A stretch of 63,929 nt of DNA, filler included, from Reclinomonas americana ATCC 50394 (taxonomy: Eukaryota), in assembly GCA_048213135.1 (NCBI GenBank). It is 5 parts of 3 records of this genome, joined end to end, with 100 filler letters (N's around TTAATTAATTAA, not from the genome) between each part and the next. Parts side by side here need not be neighbours in the genome. Positions count along the whole stretch, not along the records: positions 1 to 20,466 come from PS015513.1; positions 20,567 to 41,789 come from PS015514.1; 3 more parts are not named here. One strand, 5' to 3'. The notes below the pieces were generated by a model. It did no database searches. It had not been told where the DNA came from and saw only the letters and a program-made list of their open reading frames with translations. The first letter of the stretch is position 1, and the number at the start of each line of letters is the position of its first letter. The position numbers were made by a program, and so were the translations under genes. This document shows, one piece after another, positions 11,597 through 22,741 of the stretch.

Positions 11597-14500
11597 GGTC
11601 GTACAGGGCAAGTTTGTGGTGCTGTTGACTGGCTCGACTGTGCGAGCGTACGGGATGAAGCGCGGCGAGGTGGCTTGGACGTGGAACAGTTCAGAGTTGT
11701 GTGTGGATGCATTGTCGTCTTTCCTTGGTGATGCGTTCCGCCGACTGTGAATCGATTCGCAGACCCAGCGCGGTACCAGTGGCTCTGTCGACCGCCAGCG
11801 CGTCGTCGCTGGAGGTGCAGGTCATCACTCTGTTGACGTTGCGTTCATCGGCCGGTCCTGGCAGCAACGCGTGGTCGTTTGTGGCGGCCGGCATCAAGGT
11901 GCGCGCCTTCATAATGACCGACCCTTCCAGCGTCAGCATCTTGATTCACTCGCTGCTGCTGCTGCTGCTGCTTCTGCTCACGCAGGTTGTCAACCTGACG
12001 GTGGCCACGGGCGCCGAGCGCGTGTCGTCCACCCAGCACTTTTCTCGTGACTTGCGCGTGTCGTCGACGAGCATGGCCGTCACCGATCGTGGTCTGATTG
12101 CCGTGCTCGACACGACCACTGGCACGCTGCTGTGGCATGACGCCAGGTCTGAGTTGTCAAACGTTGCTGGCGGAGCATATAGCACGCACACACTCACTCA
12201 CTTTCTCTTCTCACTCGCCAGCGACGACACCGAGTTGCATTCGGTGACGCTGCAGGTGAGTTGTCATGATTGTGCACGTATTCCCCCTCCCCGCAAATAC
12301 TGACATTGTCGCAAAGAAACTCGGCGTCAAGGATCGTGACTCGGTGGTGACGGCGCTGGGCGCCAACGCATTTGGTGTGTCGTCCGATGCGACTCGTGTG
12401 CTGGTGTTGCGCGCCGACGGCAAGAAGAAGGAGCTGACAGTGGCCAAGGATATCAAGGTAACTCGCACCGTGTCCCCCTGATTTTTTGTACGTCGCACCC
12501 TCATGGTTGTGTGTTTTGGCCACAGTCACCGACCGGTGTCAAGTGCACTCCGTTCGCCGAGTTCTTCAGCTGCGGCTCGGTGAGCGCCAGTGGCGAAGTG
12601 CAAGTGCAGGTGTTTGACTCGCAGACTACGGCGGAGTTGGCGACTGAGAAGGTGGTGGTCTCCGCACTGGCCTCCCAACAACAGCAGGGCGCAGTTCTCC
12701 GCAAGGTCCTCCTTTTCTCTCCCCCCCCCTCACATCTCTTGTTCCCTCTCATGTGGGCGTTTTCGCAGACCTTCCCCTGTCCGTTCAAGAGCGCGCCTGA
12801 CTACTCGTTCCGCACGTTGGTGGTGCTCGACGACGGCCGCACGCTGGCGGCGCAGGGCGGCGAGGTGGGCAACTGCCATTGCCGTTGTTTGCACCCACGC
12901 TTTTTCTCACTCGTTCACCGGAAACAGCTGCTGTGGTTGCACGAGGAGGCGCTGGCGAACTCAGTGTCGGCGCACGTGGTGAACGCCGGCAACGTGGCGG
13001 ATGGTGAGCGTCTCGCAGGCAAGAACGTCTTTCCGGATTATCATGATCTGCTTACTGGTTATTATTTGAATACAGAGTATGAGAGTAGCCAGTCGCTGGG
13101 ATTCTTCTCGCGTCTGGTGGATCAAGTGGCGTTCTTGCAGGTCCGCTGTGCTGTTCTACAATTCGTGTCGCAATATGATGATGGCTCATCGATGTGTGGG
13201 GGGATGCAACGCAGCGTCTCGCTTCAAGTCTCGTGGCGTACGAGTCCATCACCGCCATGAACGAGCAGGTGGCAACGCGCTTTGGTTTCCGCCGCCTGGT
13301 GGTGGTCGCTACGGCATACGGCCGCGTGGCAGCACTGGATACGCTGCACAAGGGCGAGATCACGTGGGCGGTGTCACTGACGCGCGGTGTTTCAGATGTT
13401 GCGACGCCTGTGCGTCTGTTGTTGTGCACCTTTATCTGTAATTTGCTGAATGCGTGGTGCGGTGCAGGATCTGGAAATTCGATCCGTGTTTGTGACAGAA
13501 GAGGGTCATCACCGCGCGCCTGTCCTGGCTGTTGTGCTCGTCCGTCGTAGCGACGTTTCGTGTTATTTTCTGTCGGTGTATGTGGTCGATTTGTTGGCGC
13601 CTGCTAAAAACTTATCCATCACGCCGTGCAGGATACTGTCGATTCGGTGGTCTGGTTGCACGGTGGCACTGGCGAGGTATTGGAACGGCAGACTGCCATC
13701 AACGCCAAGCCTATTCGCATGTTCCTCTCCGACAGTCACACGTCGTGCGGCACCAACCGTCTGGGGCGTGCACTGATTCTCGTGTCGGAGGCGCTGAAGG
13801 TGCGTGCACATGTTGCTCGTCTGCGTGTTTGTGCGGAGTTTATGTGCACTGATTTCTGCGCAACAGGTATCGGTGCTGCCCGAGGAGTGTGTCAGCGCGG
13901 TGCTGTCCTCCTCCGCTGGTGTGCCCGTGTTCTTTGACCACCTGGACAGGACGACTGGCACGGTTACCGGGTACAAGGTGGCCGACGGCAAGGTGTGTTT
14001 TGTTGGGGTAGTGGTGTTGCTGTCGGTGTTGCTGATGGATTGACATTACACCGCGCAGGCCACGTCGGTATGGAGCATGGTGTTGGAGGGTGGCGGAGTC
14101 CATGTTGCCGCCATCGCGTCGACAGTGTACTCGTCGCCGGTGCCGTTTGCGAATTATCGCGCCCCGGGTCGTCCCACTCGTCGCAAGTACCTGAATCCGC
14201 ACGCGCGTGCCGTCGCTCTGGAGACCCCTGGTGCGTCGTTGGCGTGCATGCGTGCATGCTCTCACGTACATTTTACCCACGTGCGCTGTGTGCACAACAG
14301 GAGCCGAGGGCAGCACCTCGGTTAAGATCCTGGTGTTTGACGGACTCACGGGCACGGTGGTGTACTCGGTGACGCAGCCGAACGCGCGTGGACCAGTGCA
14401 CCTGTACATGGTGAGTGGCACATGCTGGCCAAGTGTGAATGCAAGTCCCTTTGACTATGAAGTCACTTGTTTGTGTCGCAGCGTGAGAACTGGCTGACCT

Positions 14501-15379
14501 ATCACTTGTGGAGCACCAAGGCCAATCGTTACGAAATGGCCGTGGTCGAGCTCTTCTCGGAAGTGCCGTTGCGTGCGGACACGGTATCTTTCTCCGCCTT
14601 CTCTGCGTCAACACGCTCACGTACCTCGCAGCGCCGATCACTCGGACGTGACGTTCAACGCCTTTGATGCTCCCCGTGTGACAGCCGTCTCACAGTCATT
14701 CATCTATCCGCACGGCATCCGCACGTTGTCGTCGACTTCCACCCGCCTCGGTGTCGCGCCAACTCGCCTGCTGGGTTCGTCGTGTTTGCGCTGCGTGTCC
14801 TCCCATCGTGTTGTTGTTGACGTGGGGGAGGGGCGAAAAACATAGTCGGCCTGGCGTCGGGACAGGTGCACTCGCTGCCGCGGCAGTATCTGGATGCCAA
14901 TCGCGAGTTTGCCGACCAGCCGAATCCCGCCGCACCGCCAGCTCCTGGCACGCCGTACCCGTACTACCCGGTGTTGCCAGTGGACGACCTGAATGTGATC
15001 TCGCATGATCGTATCGTGCGTCCACCACTGTGCATCGACGAGTTGTCGTCGACTATAACTGACACACACGCACAGATTCCGAGGCTGCGCGACATTGTCT
15101 CCGCACCGGCCGTCGCCGAGTCGACGAGTCACGTGGTCGCCCGTGGCATTGATTTGTTCTACACGCGCACCTTCCCGGCACAGTTGCGCAGTGCTGCATG
15201 TGAGATGCAGCTGTGGTGGGAGCTGACAGTCGCTGCCGCCCTGCAGAGAGTTCGACATGATTACGGAGAATTTCAACTTCAAGCTGCTGGCGGGCGTTCT
15301 CGGCGCTCTCACTGCGGTCACGCTGCTCCTCCGATGGCTGTCGCGGCGCAAGGAGTTGTCCAATCTGTGGTCGAACTGA
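11169..15379 (+). CDS. EMC1: ER membrane protein complex subunit 1, 5' end in gap, multi-exon
   Basis: WRHVL, LWLHEEALA, FGFRRLVVVAT, KYLNP, ENWLTY, AVSQSFIYP, ESTSHVVARGIDLFYTR..P..FDMITENFN, then a C-terminal TM helix and ..KELSNLW*. Confidence 0.93.
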
Positions 15380-16430
15380 CAGTAGTAGTGTACGCACCCC
15401 GTAGATGTTCCGCAAACAGTGTGTTATTTAATTCTCTTCGTTTTCTTGTTCTATTTTATGGCGACGACATGCCAGACGCTTTAGGGNNNNNNNNNNNNNN
15501 NNNNNNNNNNNNNNNNNNNNNNNNNNNNNNNNNNNNNNNNNNNNNNNNNNNNNNNNNNNNNNNNNNNNNNNNNNNNNNNNNNNNNNNNNNNNNNNNNNNN
15601 NNNNNNNNNNNNNNNNNNNNNNNNNNNNNNNNNNNNNNNNNNNNNNNNNNNNNNNNNNNNNNNNNNNNNNNNNNNNNNNNNNNNNNNNNNNNNNNNNNNN
15701 NNNNNNNNNNNNNNNNNNNNNNNNNNNNNNNNNNNNNNNNNNNNNNNNNNNNNNNNNNNNNNNNNNNNNNNNNNNNNNNNNNNNNNNNNNNNNNNNNNNN
15801 NNNNNNNNNNNNNNNNNNNNNNNNNNNNNNNNNNNNNNNNNNNNNNNNNNNNNNNNNNNNNNNNNNNNNNNNNNNNNNNNNNNNNNNNNNNNNNNNNNNN
15901 NNNNNNNNNNNNNNNNNNNNNNNNNNNNNNNNNNNNNNNNNNNNNNNNNNNNNNNNNNNNNNNNNNNNNNNNNNNNNNNNNNNNNNNNNNNNNNNNNNNN
16001 NNNNNNNNNNNNNNNNNNNNNNNNNNNNNNNNNNNNNNNNNNNNNNNNNNNNNNNNNNNNNNNNNNNNNNNNNNNNNNNNNNNNNNNNNNNNNNNNNNNN
16101 NNNNNNNNNNNNNNNNNNNNNNNNNNNNNNNNNNNNNNNNNNNNNNNNNNNNNNNNNNNNNNNNNNNNNNNNNNNNNNNNNNNNNNNNNNNNNNNNNNNN
16201 NNNNNNNNNNNNNNNNNNNNNNNNNNNNNNNNNNNNNNNNNNNNNNNNNNNNNNNNNNNNNNNNNNNNNNNNNNNNNNNNNNNNNNNNNNNNNNNNNNNN
16301 NNNNNNNNNNNNNNNNNNNNNNNNNNNNNNNNNNNNNNNNNNNNNNNNNNNNNNNNNNNNNNNNNNNNNNNNNNNNNNNNNNNNNNNNNNNNNNNNNNNN
16401 NNNNNNNNNNNNNNNNNNNNNNNNNNNNNN

Positions 16431-17946
16431 CATGTCTGCCCTCGGCCAGGTACACGCGATACCGATCACCGCCCGCCGACGACGAGAGCACTCCAGCGCC
16501 TTGCCGTTGTTGCTGCTGCTGGTGATGTGCGTCTCCATCCTCGTCACTCGCCTCGCTCACATCGCCGCACGGTGCAATGGTGACCTCGCGTGCTCGCCGC
16601 GGAGGTGACGAGGCGTTGATCGCCGCAGGGGAACACGTGTTCGGTAGTGGCGGCCTCTCGGAAGCGGCCACCGCGAAGACCGTATTATCGGCAGTAATCG
16701 CCGAGTTGGCCGACACTGTCGACTGTGCCGAGGCAGTGGTGGGGCTCATGACAACGTGCTGCTCGATGTGCTGCAGCGGATCCTCGGAGAGTGAAATCAC
16801 CGAGTCGGTACGGTTCCGGCCACCACCGTGTGAAATCGGCACCACCAGCGACAGCGTCTCTTCCGACTCCTCGCTGGCCACATCATCGTCCACAATGCGC
16901 CTCACACCCACGTCACGAAGCAAATGGTAGGCCGACGACGTGCCGTCGGCCTTGGGCGCATACAGTCCGCTCTGTGCGGCCCACCGTCCAGCACCCTGGT
17001 CTCCACTTCGCCTCCTCATGCTGCTTCCGAGTGTGCTCTGCTTGCCCTGAGCCGGTGCCGTGAGGCCGCTGCGTGGCGGCACGGCAGAGCCAGGCCGAAG
17101 TCCACCCGCTGCCGCCGTGCCACCACCGCCGGCTGCTGGTGCTGCAAGTGACGGAACCTTGAACATGATGTCGTTGCAGCTCTCCTCCAGCACCTCACTA
17201 TCCGCCGTGTCCATCATGCGCAGCACCGAGTTGCTCATGGATGGCGGCGCCGAGAACAGGAGCGACGGATCCACGTATGGTGGTGGGCAGGCGAGAATCA
17301 CACTGCCGTCCACCGGTTGACCGTCGCTGCTCGCGCTGCTGCCCGGGTGCATGTGGTACACGGAGCTGCTGCCAATAGCGGTCGGCACCAGCAGTTGATG
17401 CGCGCGCACGGCATCCTGCTGAGCCTGTTCGTCGCGCGCCCGAAGCGCTGTCTCGTACATAAAGTTGGTCGGCGCGTCCGGCATGCTGCTCCAGCTGTGC
17501 AGCGACGACTCGCTGGAGCACGTGCTCGGGTCCGTCGCACACGGTTCGTCGCCATTGACGGCGGCGGCGACGGCCACCATGCCGTTGAGCATAGTGCCGG
17601 CCTTGAGCAGCTGAGCCGCACTGCCCTCGGTGGAATCCGCTTCCAGCAGCACAGCTAGCGCCGCCGACGACTGGCAAGAGAGAGCGGCACTCGACGGCTC
17701 TCCAGGGGTTTCTACCGTGGCGGCGGCGGCCGCCGCCGCCGCCGCCGCTGCTGTTGCTGCTGCTGCTTCGGCGGCTGCCTTCTTCTTGCGTCGCTTGGAC
17801 TCGCGGACCTTGTGCACCGACCGCGGCTTGCGATTCACCGTCGCCAAGTCAAGGTCAAACAGCGCACTGGCAAACTCCTCCAGCGTCTGCGGCGTCGCCG
17901 GTGCGGGTTGTCGCGGACTGAACGGCACCGCTGTATCCGGTTGCAT
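16431..17946 (-). CDS. Hypothetical low-complexity protein with basic NLS-like cluster, 3' end in gap
   Basis: Open frame of over 500 codons with coding-like codon usage, including KRRKKK and poly-Ala. No recognisable domain before the gap. Confidence 0.65.
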
Positions 17947-18264
17947 GGCGGTGCACTCATCGCCTGTCTGCAGNNNNNNNNNNNNNNNNNNNNNNNNNNN
18001 NNNNNNNNNNNNNNNNNNNNNNNNNNNNNNNNNNNNNNNNNNNNNNNNNNNNNNNNNNNNNNNNNNNNNNNNNNNNNNNNNNNNNNNNNNNNNNNNNNNN
18101 NNNNNNNNNNNNNNNNNNNNNNNNNNNNNNNNNNNNNNNNNNNNNNNNNNNNNNNNNNNNNNNNNNNNNNNNNNNNNNNNNNNNNNNNNNNNNNNNNNNN
18201 NNNNNNNNNNNNNNNNNNNNNNNNNNNNNNNNNNNNNNNNNNNNNNNNNNNNNNNNNNNNNNNN

Positions 18265-18379
<115 letters not shown>

Positions 18380-19874
18380 TCTGGGGGTGTGTGTGTGCCG
18401 AACAGTGCACACACGGAATGTATGCACACAGTGAGCTGGTGAGAGAATGTCAATGAAAAGCGGACGTCGCCAGAGCCGGCGTGTGCGAATCGAACAAGCC
18501 GGGAATGCTGGTGGGGCGGCCCTCAACCCAGCACGCGCAGGAAGGGGAGCGATACAGTGCGGCGAGTGGATTGGCATGCAGAGAACGGCAGCAACGGTCC
18601 GGACACGCACTTGCCACCACATTAGGCGACCAGTGGCGCTGTTGCTCATGAGGGAGGAGGTGCCATTTGGCGCGGAAGCCAGTGCTGTCAAATACAGGCA
18701 CGCGATGCTCGTCGCTGACGAGATCACAGAGTGCGCTGCGTGCTTTGTCGCCATCGCTGCACTGCGTTGTCCCGCGCTGCGCAGCGAATTCGAACGAAAT
18801 TGTGTACACCGCACAGCCTACTGTTCTTGCTTTATGGCATGTGTTGTTCTTCTTGTGGGCGTTCGTGAGCATGCGTGCTGTTTTGTCATTGTCGGGGGAA
18901 GCTTCTCGTGTGTGCAATACCGACGATATCGATATCAAAGTTAAGTTGCTGCCACGCAGCGCAATCGCCTTTGCAACGAGCGGGGATACGCACGCACATC
19001 ATGGGAGAGATTTATTAGGCGTCGATGTGTGTGCGACTGGCCCGGTTGGTGGTGGTGGACAGAACCGGTTTCTGTTGCGTTCAACGGTCACGGGCAACGA
19101 ACAGCGAGTGGTGCGGTCTCACGCATATTGCACACGCGATGAATGCAGTCCAGGTCTCGGTGCCTGTCGATGGGGTTTGCAGAGTGTGCACAGTGCATTG
19201 CCGAAGAGCGGGCAAAAGCGGATCTCAGTGCCTCTCGACACGAAACATTTTGAACTCGAACACCTCGCTTTTTGCCGAATCGGGAGGCTCCGCACATGTC
19301 GACATCTGCGACGGCGGTGCTGCCATGGACCGGGCTGAAGGTATCCTCAACGCTGCTTGTGCGGAGTGGAAACGCTGTTGTCGAAATCGGTTTTGGTTTT
19401 TCCTGTTTTCAGTCGGGACGATGGAAGTTGTGCAGTTCCACGCGACTGCGATGCCACGTGCATCGTATGAACGCAAGGTGGGTCATGAGTGTTGCATTTT
19501 ATAGTACTGGTCTCAAGGGCGATGCATGTACGCAGCGCGGCAGGGAATCGGAATTGGATTTTTCCAAATTCTCGAGAAATCGAAGCACTTCGGATCCCAC
19601 GGTGTCAGCTGCAACGATGCACCAGGCGAGGTCTCCCTATTATATAGTCCTTAACAATCTTGTCCTTGGTCGGCGGACCGCTGATGTGGAGCGCGTGGAT
19701 CGCGAAAACAATGAGACGTCTTCGATGTTGTCCTGTGACCGGAACCACTACCGACCGACGGACTCGACAAACAGAACTAAACGACGGAGTATCGAGGGAT
19801 CAGAATCAGGATCAGATCAGAGTCCACTACAACGCAGGCGACGCGCAGCAACAAGCATAACAACGACGACAAGA

Positions 19875-20288
19875 ATGTCGGTGAGTTGCAAGGTCGAGAG
19901 GAGACGCTCAAGTATGCTCTCTCTTCTTGGAAGTCAAGATTCTTGTCAGTGTGCTCACTCTCCAGCGTTCCTTGTGCGTGTGACAGTTCTCTGTGCACGT
20001 GAGTGCGACACATGATTCGTCGCTGTTGGTGGTGGTGAAGGAAATGACCTCCACATCCACTCTCGCGGACTTACTGGGCGATGCCACGCGCTTGCTACGA
20101 GCAAAGAGTGGAGATGAGGCGATGGAGATTGCCGGAGTGGAGAAGCCGGCGCCATACGACTTGGAAGACGCGCCTGTCATGAGGCTCAAATCGATTGGGA
20201 TCAACTCGTCCACTCATCTTGTCGTCCGCGTGAAACTTGGCATTGCATTTCAGTGGAGTGGAAAGAGCAGTGGGAGTGCGAGTGGAAG
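19875..20288 (+). CDS. 5' part of a gene with possible N-terminal ubiquitin-like domain
   Basis: ATG TCG|gtgagt...cag|FSVHVSATHDSSLLVVVKEMTSTSTLADLL...LKSIGINSSTHLVVRVK has a beta-grasp-like pattern. Truncated at the scaffold end. Confidence 0.5.
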
Positions 20289-20339
20289 GTGCGTGTCTCT
20301 GGCTATTGTGCGAGTCGTCTCATGCAGTTGTTTTTGCTT

Positions 20340-20375
<36 letters not shown>

Positions 20376-20466
20376 GCTCGTACCGTACTACTCCCGTCCG
20401 TTCGGACCGTACAGCGAGGGAGGGTGAGAGTGAGGCCGTAGAACGAAGGGAGAGAGAGAGAGAGTG

Positions 20467-20566
20467 NNNNNNNNNNNNNNNNNNNNNNNNNNNNNNNNNN
20501 NNNNNNNNNNTTAATTAATTAANNNNNNNNNNNNNNNNNNNNNNNNNNNNNNNNNNNNNNNNNNNN
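20467..20566. other. Artificial scaffold linker (N-TTAATTAATTAA-N)
   Basis: A six-frame stop linker embedded in Ns; the same 100-nt structure occurs four times in the window. Confidence 0.95.
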
Positions 20567-20689
20567 GGACGGGCTCCTTGTGACCCCCCCCCCTCCCTCT
20601 CTCTCTGACCTGCTCCTCCATCATCCTCTCCTTCTCTCACTCTCTTTGACCGTTCGTGCGTCACCTTTGTCCTTCATTGCCTCTTCTTC

Positions 20690-21530
20690 ATCTTCTCACT
20701 CTCTTTGACCTTGTTTCCTCTCCTTGCAGCTCTTCTCTCACTCTGGCCCTCTGTGCCTTTCCTCGTGTCCTTCTCTCGCTCTCCTCCTTCATCTTTCGTC
20801 CTCCTATCCTTCTCCTCCTATCCTTCTCTCCTCCTGTAACCCTCCTTGCCTCTCCTCCTTGCTTATCCTCCATTCTGCAGCTCTTCTTTGTTTCTCTGGC
20901 CCTCTGCCTCTCCTCTTGTCCTTCTCTCACTCTCCTCCTTCATTCCTGTCCTCCCCTCCTTTAAGCTACATCCTCCTTGCCTCTCCTCCTTGCCTATCCT
21001 CCATCATGCAGTTCTTCTTTGTTTCTCTGGCCCTCCTTGCCTCTCCTCCTGTCCTTCTCTCACTCTCCTCCTTCATCTTTCATCTTGCTGTCCTCCCCTC
21101 CTCCTGTAGCCCTCCTTGCCTCTCCTCCTTGCTTATCCTCCATCCTGCAGCTCTTCTTTGTTTCTCTGGCCCTCTTTGCCTCTCCTCCTGTCCTTCTCTC
21201 ACTCTCCTCCTTCATCTTCTCCTCCTGTAACCTTTCTTGCCTCTCTTCTTTGCTTATCCTCCATATTGCAGTTCTTCTCTTTTCTCTGGCCCTGTTTGCC
21301 TCTCCTCCTACATCCTCCTACATCCTGCCCGTCTCTCAGTCTTGACTCCTCACTGCCTTTCTATTTGACATCTCCCTCCATTCCCCTGTCCTTTCCCCCT
21401 CCTGGCCTCTCCTCCTGTCCACTCCTCCGTCAGTCTCTCCTGCACTCGCTCTCGTTGACCCATCTTGTCTCTCTCCGTGCATCATTTTCTTCTGCTCTCT
21501 TTCTCTGGCCCTCAATGCCTCTCCTCCATT
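20690..21530. repeat. Pyrimidine-rich diverged tandem repeat, period ~120-140 bp, probably intronic
   Basis: tttctctggccct recurs at 20891, 21022, 21161 and 21281 with flanking cttgcttatcctccat..tgcag. Confidence 0.8.
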
Positions 21531-21865
21531 TTCTAATCCTTCTGTCGTTCTCTCACTTCGTTATCCCTCCGTGCCTCTCCCCTTCCTTCCCTTGCCTCTC
21601 CTCAACTTTTGACCTTCTTCGCCTCTCCTTCTTCTCTCGTCTCTGACTCCTCCTTTCCTCTCCGCCAATCTTGTCTTCCCTTCTCTTGCCCTTCACTCCA
21701 TCTTTGGCCCTCCCTGCCACTCCCTCATCCTTGACCTTCTTCCTCCTTCCTCCTTCATCCTTCATCCTCTTTTCTTCTCTTGTTCCCCCATCCCTTCTCC
21801 CTTCTCCCTTCACCCTTCTCCCCCATCCCTTCTCCCCTCTCACCCCTTCTCCCTATTCTTCGCAG

Positions 21866-22120
21866 GCGGTGGCCGACTGCGCCGCCGCCGTCCGACGACT
21901 CGTCGACAAGGGCCCTCCAATCTACGTGGCGGACCGCAACGGACTGCCCCTGCCCGAGGGCGACACGCACGTCGTGCGCGTGTGGTTCTCGAGCAGCAAC
22001 ACCGAGGAGAGTGCCAAGCTCAAGGGCGCGCTCGAGGGTGGCGAGCGCGAGGAGATGTGGGCGAACCAGCGAGAGGTGCTGGCGTCGATGGAGGCCGCGG
22101 AGGAGGCAGAGAAGGCGTAA
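21866..22120 (+). CDS. Terminal exon of an unidentified gene
   Basis: Polypyrimidine tract and cgcag acceptor, strongly GC3-biased frame AVADCAAAVRRLVDKGPP...EEAEKA, TAA at 22118-22120. Confidence 0.7.
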   Translation, partial: AVADCAAAVRRLVDKGPPIYVADRNGLPLPEGDTHVVRVWFSSSNTEESAKLKGALEGGEREEMWANQREVLASMEAAEEAEKA

Positions 22121-22127
22121 CCACGCA

Positions 22128-22735
22128 GCATGTACGTCGATCACAGTGAAGATGATTGCTGGGCATGCTACGTCTCTCTCCCTTTTCTTTTCTTCGCGAA
22201 TGACAGGGCTTGTTGTTTACTTAGTACCCTCTTTCTCTTACAACTTCTTCTTCCTGATGGCTCCCTGCGTGTCGATCGCAGTGAAGCTGATTGCTGGGCA
22301 TGTCACGTCTCCCTCTTTTTCTTTACTCGGCTCTTTTTCTTTACTCGGCGCATGACAGGGCTGTTGTTTACTGAGTACCCCCCTTGTTTCTAACAACTTC
22401 TTCTCCTCATGGCACCCTGTGTGTCGATCGCAGTGAAGCTGATTGCTGGGCATGTCACCTCTCCCTCTTATTTCTTTTCTTGGCGCATGACAGGGCTGTT
22501 GTTTACTTAGTGCCCATTTCTCTAACAACTTCCTTATGGCTCCCTGCGTGTCGATCATGCTATGTCTCTCTCCTTTTCTTTTCTTGTTTACTCAGTGCCC
22601 CCCTGTCTCTAACAACTTCTTTGTCCTTGGATGATTGCTGGGCATGCTACGTCTCTCTCCTTTTCTTTTCTTCGCGAATGACAGGGCTGTTGTTTACTTA
22701 GTACCCCCTTTTCTCTAACAACTTCTTCTTGCTTG
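22128..22735. repeat. Tandem array of ~127-152 bp units between two convergent stop codons
   Basis: gtcgatc at 22136, 22271, 22423 and 22550; recurring blocks tgattgctgggcatg, atgacagggctgttgtttact and tctaacaacttc. Confidence 0.9.
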
Positions 22736-22741
22736 CCGCTC

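Noticed and set aside
20511..20522. TTAATTAATTAA palindrome repeated four times in the window
   Set aside because: Always embedded in a fixed 100-nt N block; an artificial six-frame-stop linker, not biology. Gene adjacency across these points is unproven.
22128..22735. CRISPR-like appearance of conserved blocks with variable spacers
   Set aside because: The spacers are related pyrimidine tracts rather than unique sequences, no cas genes are present, and the context is eukaryotic.
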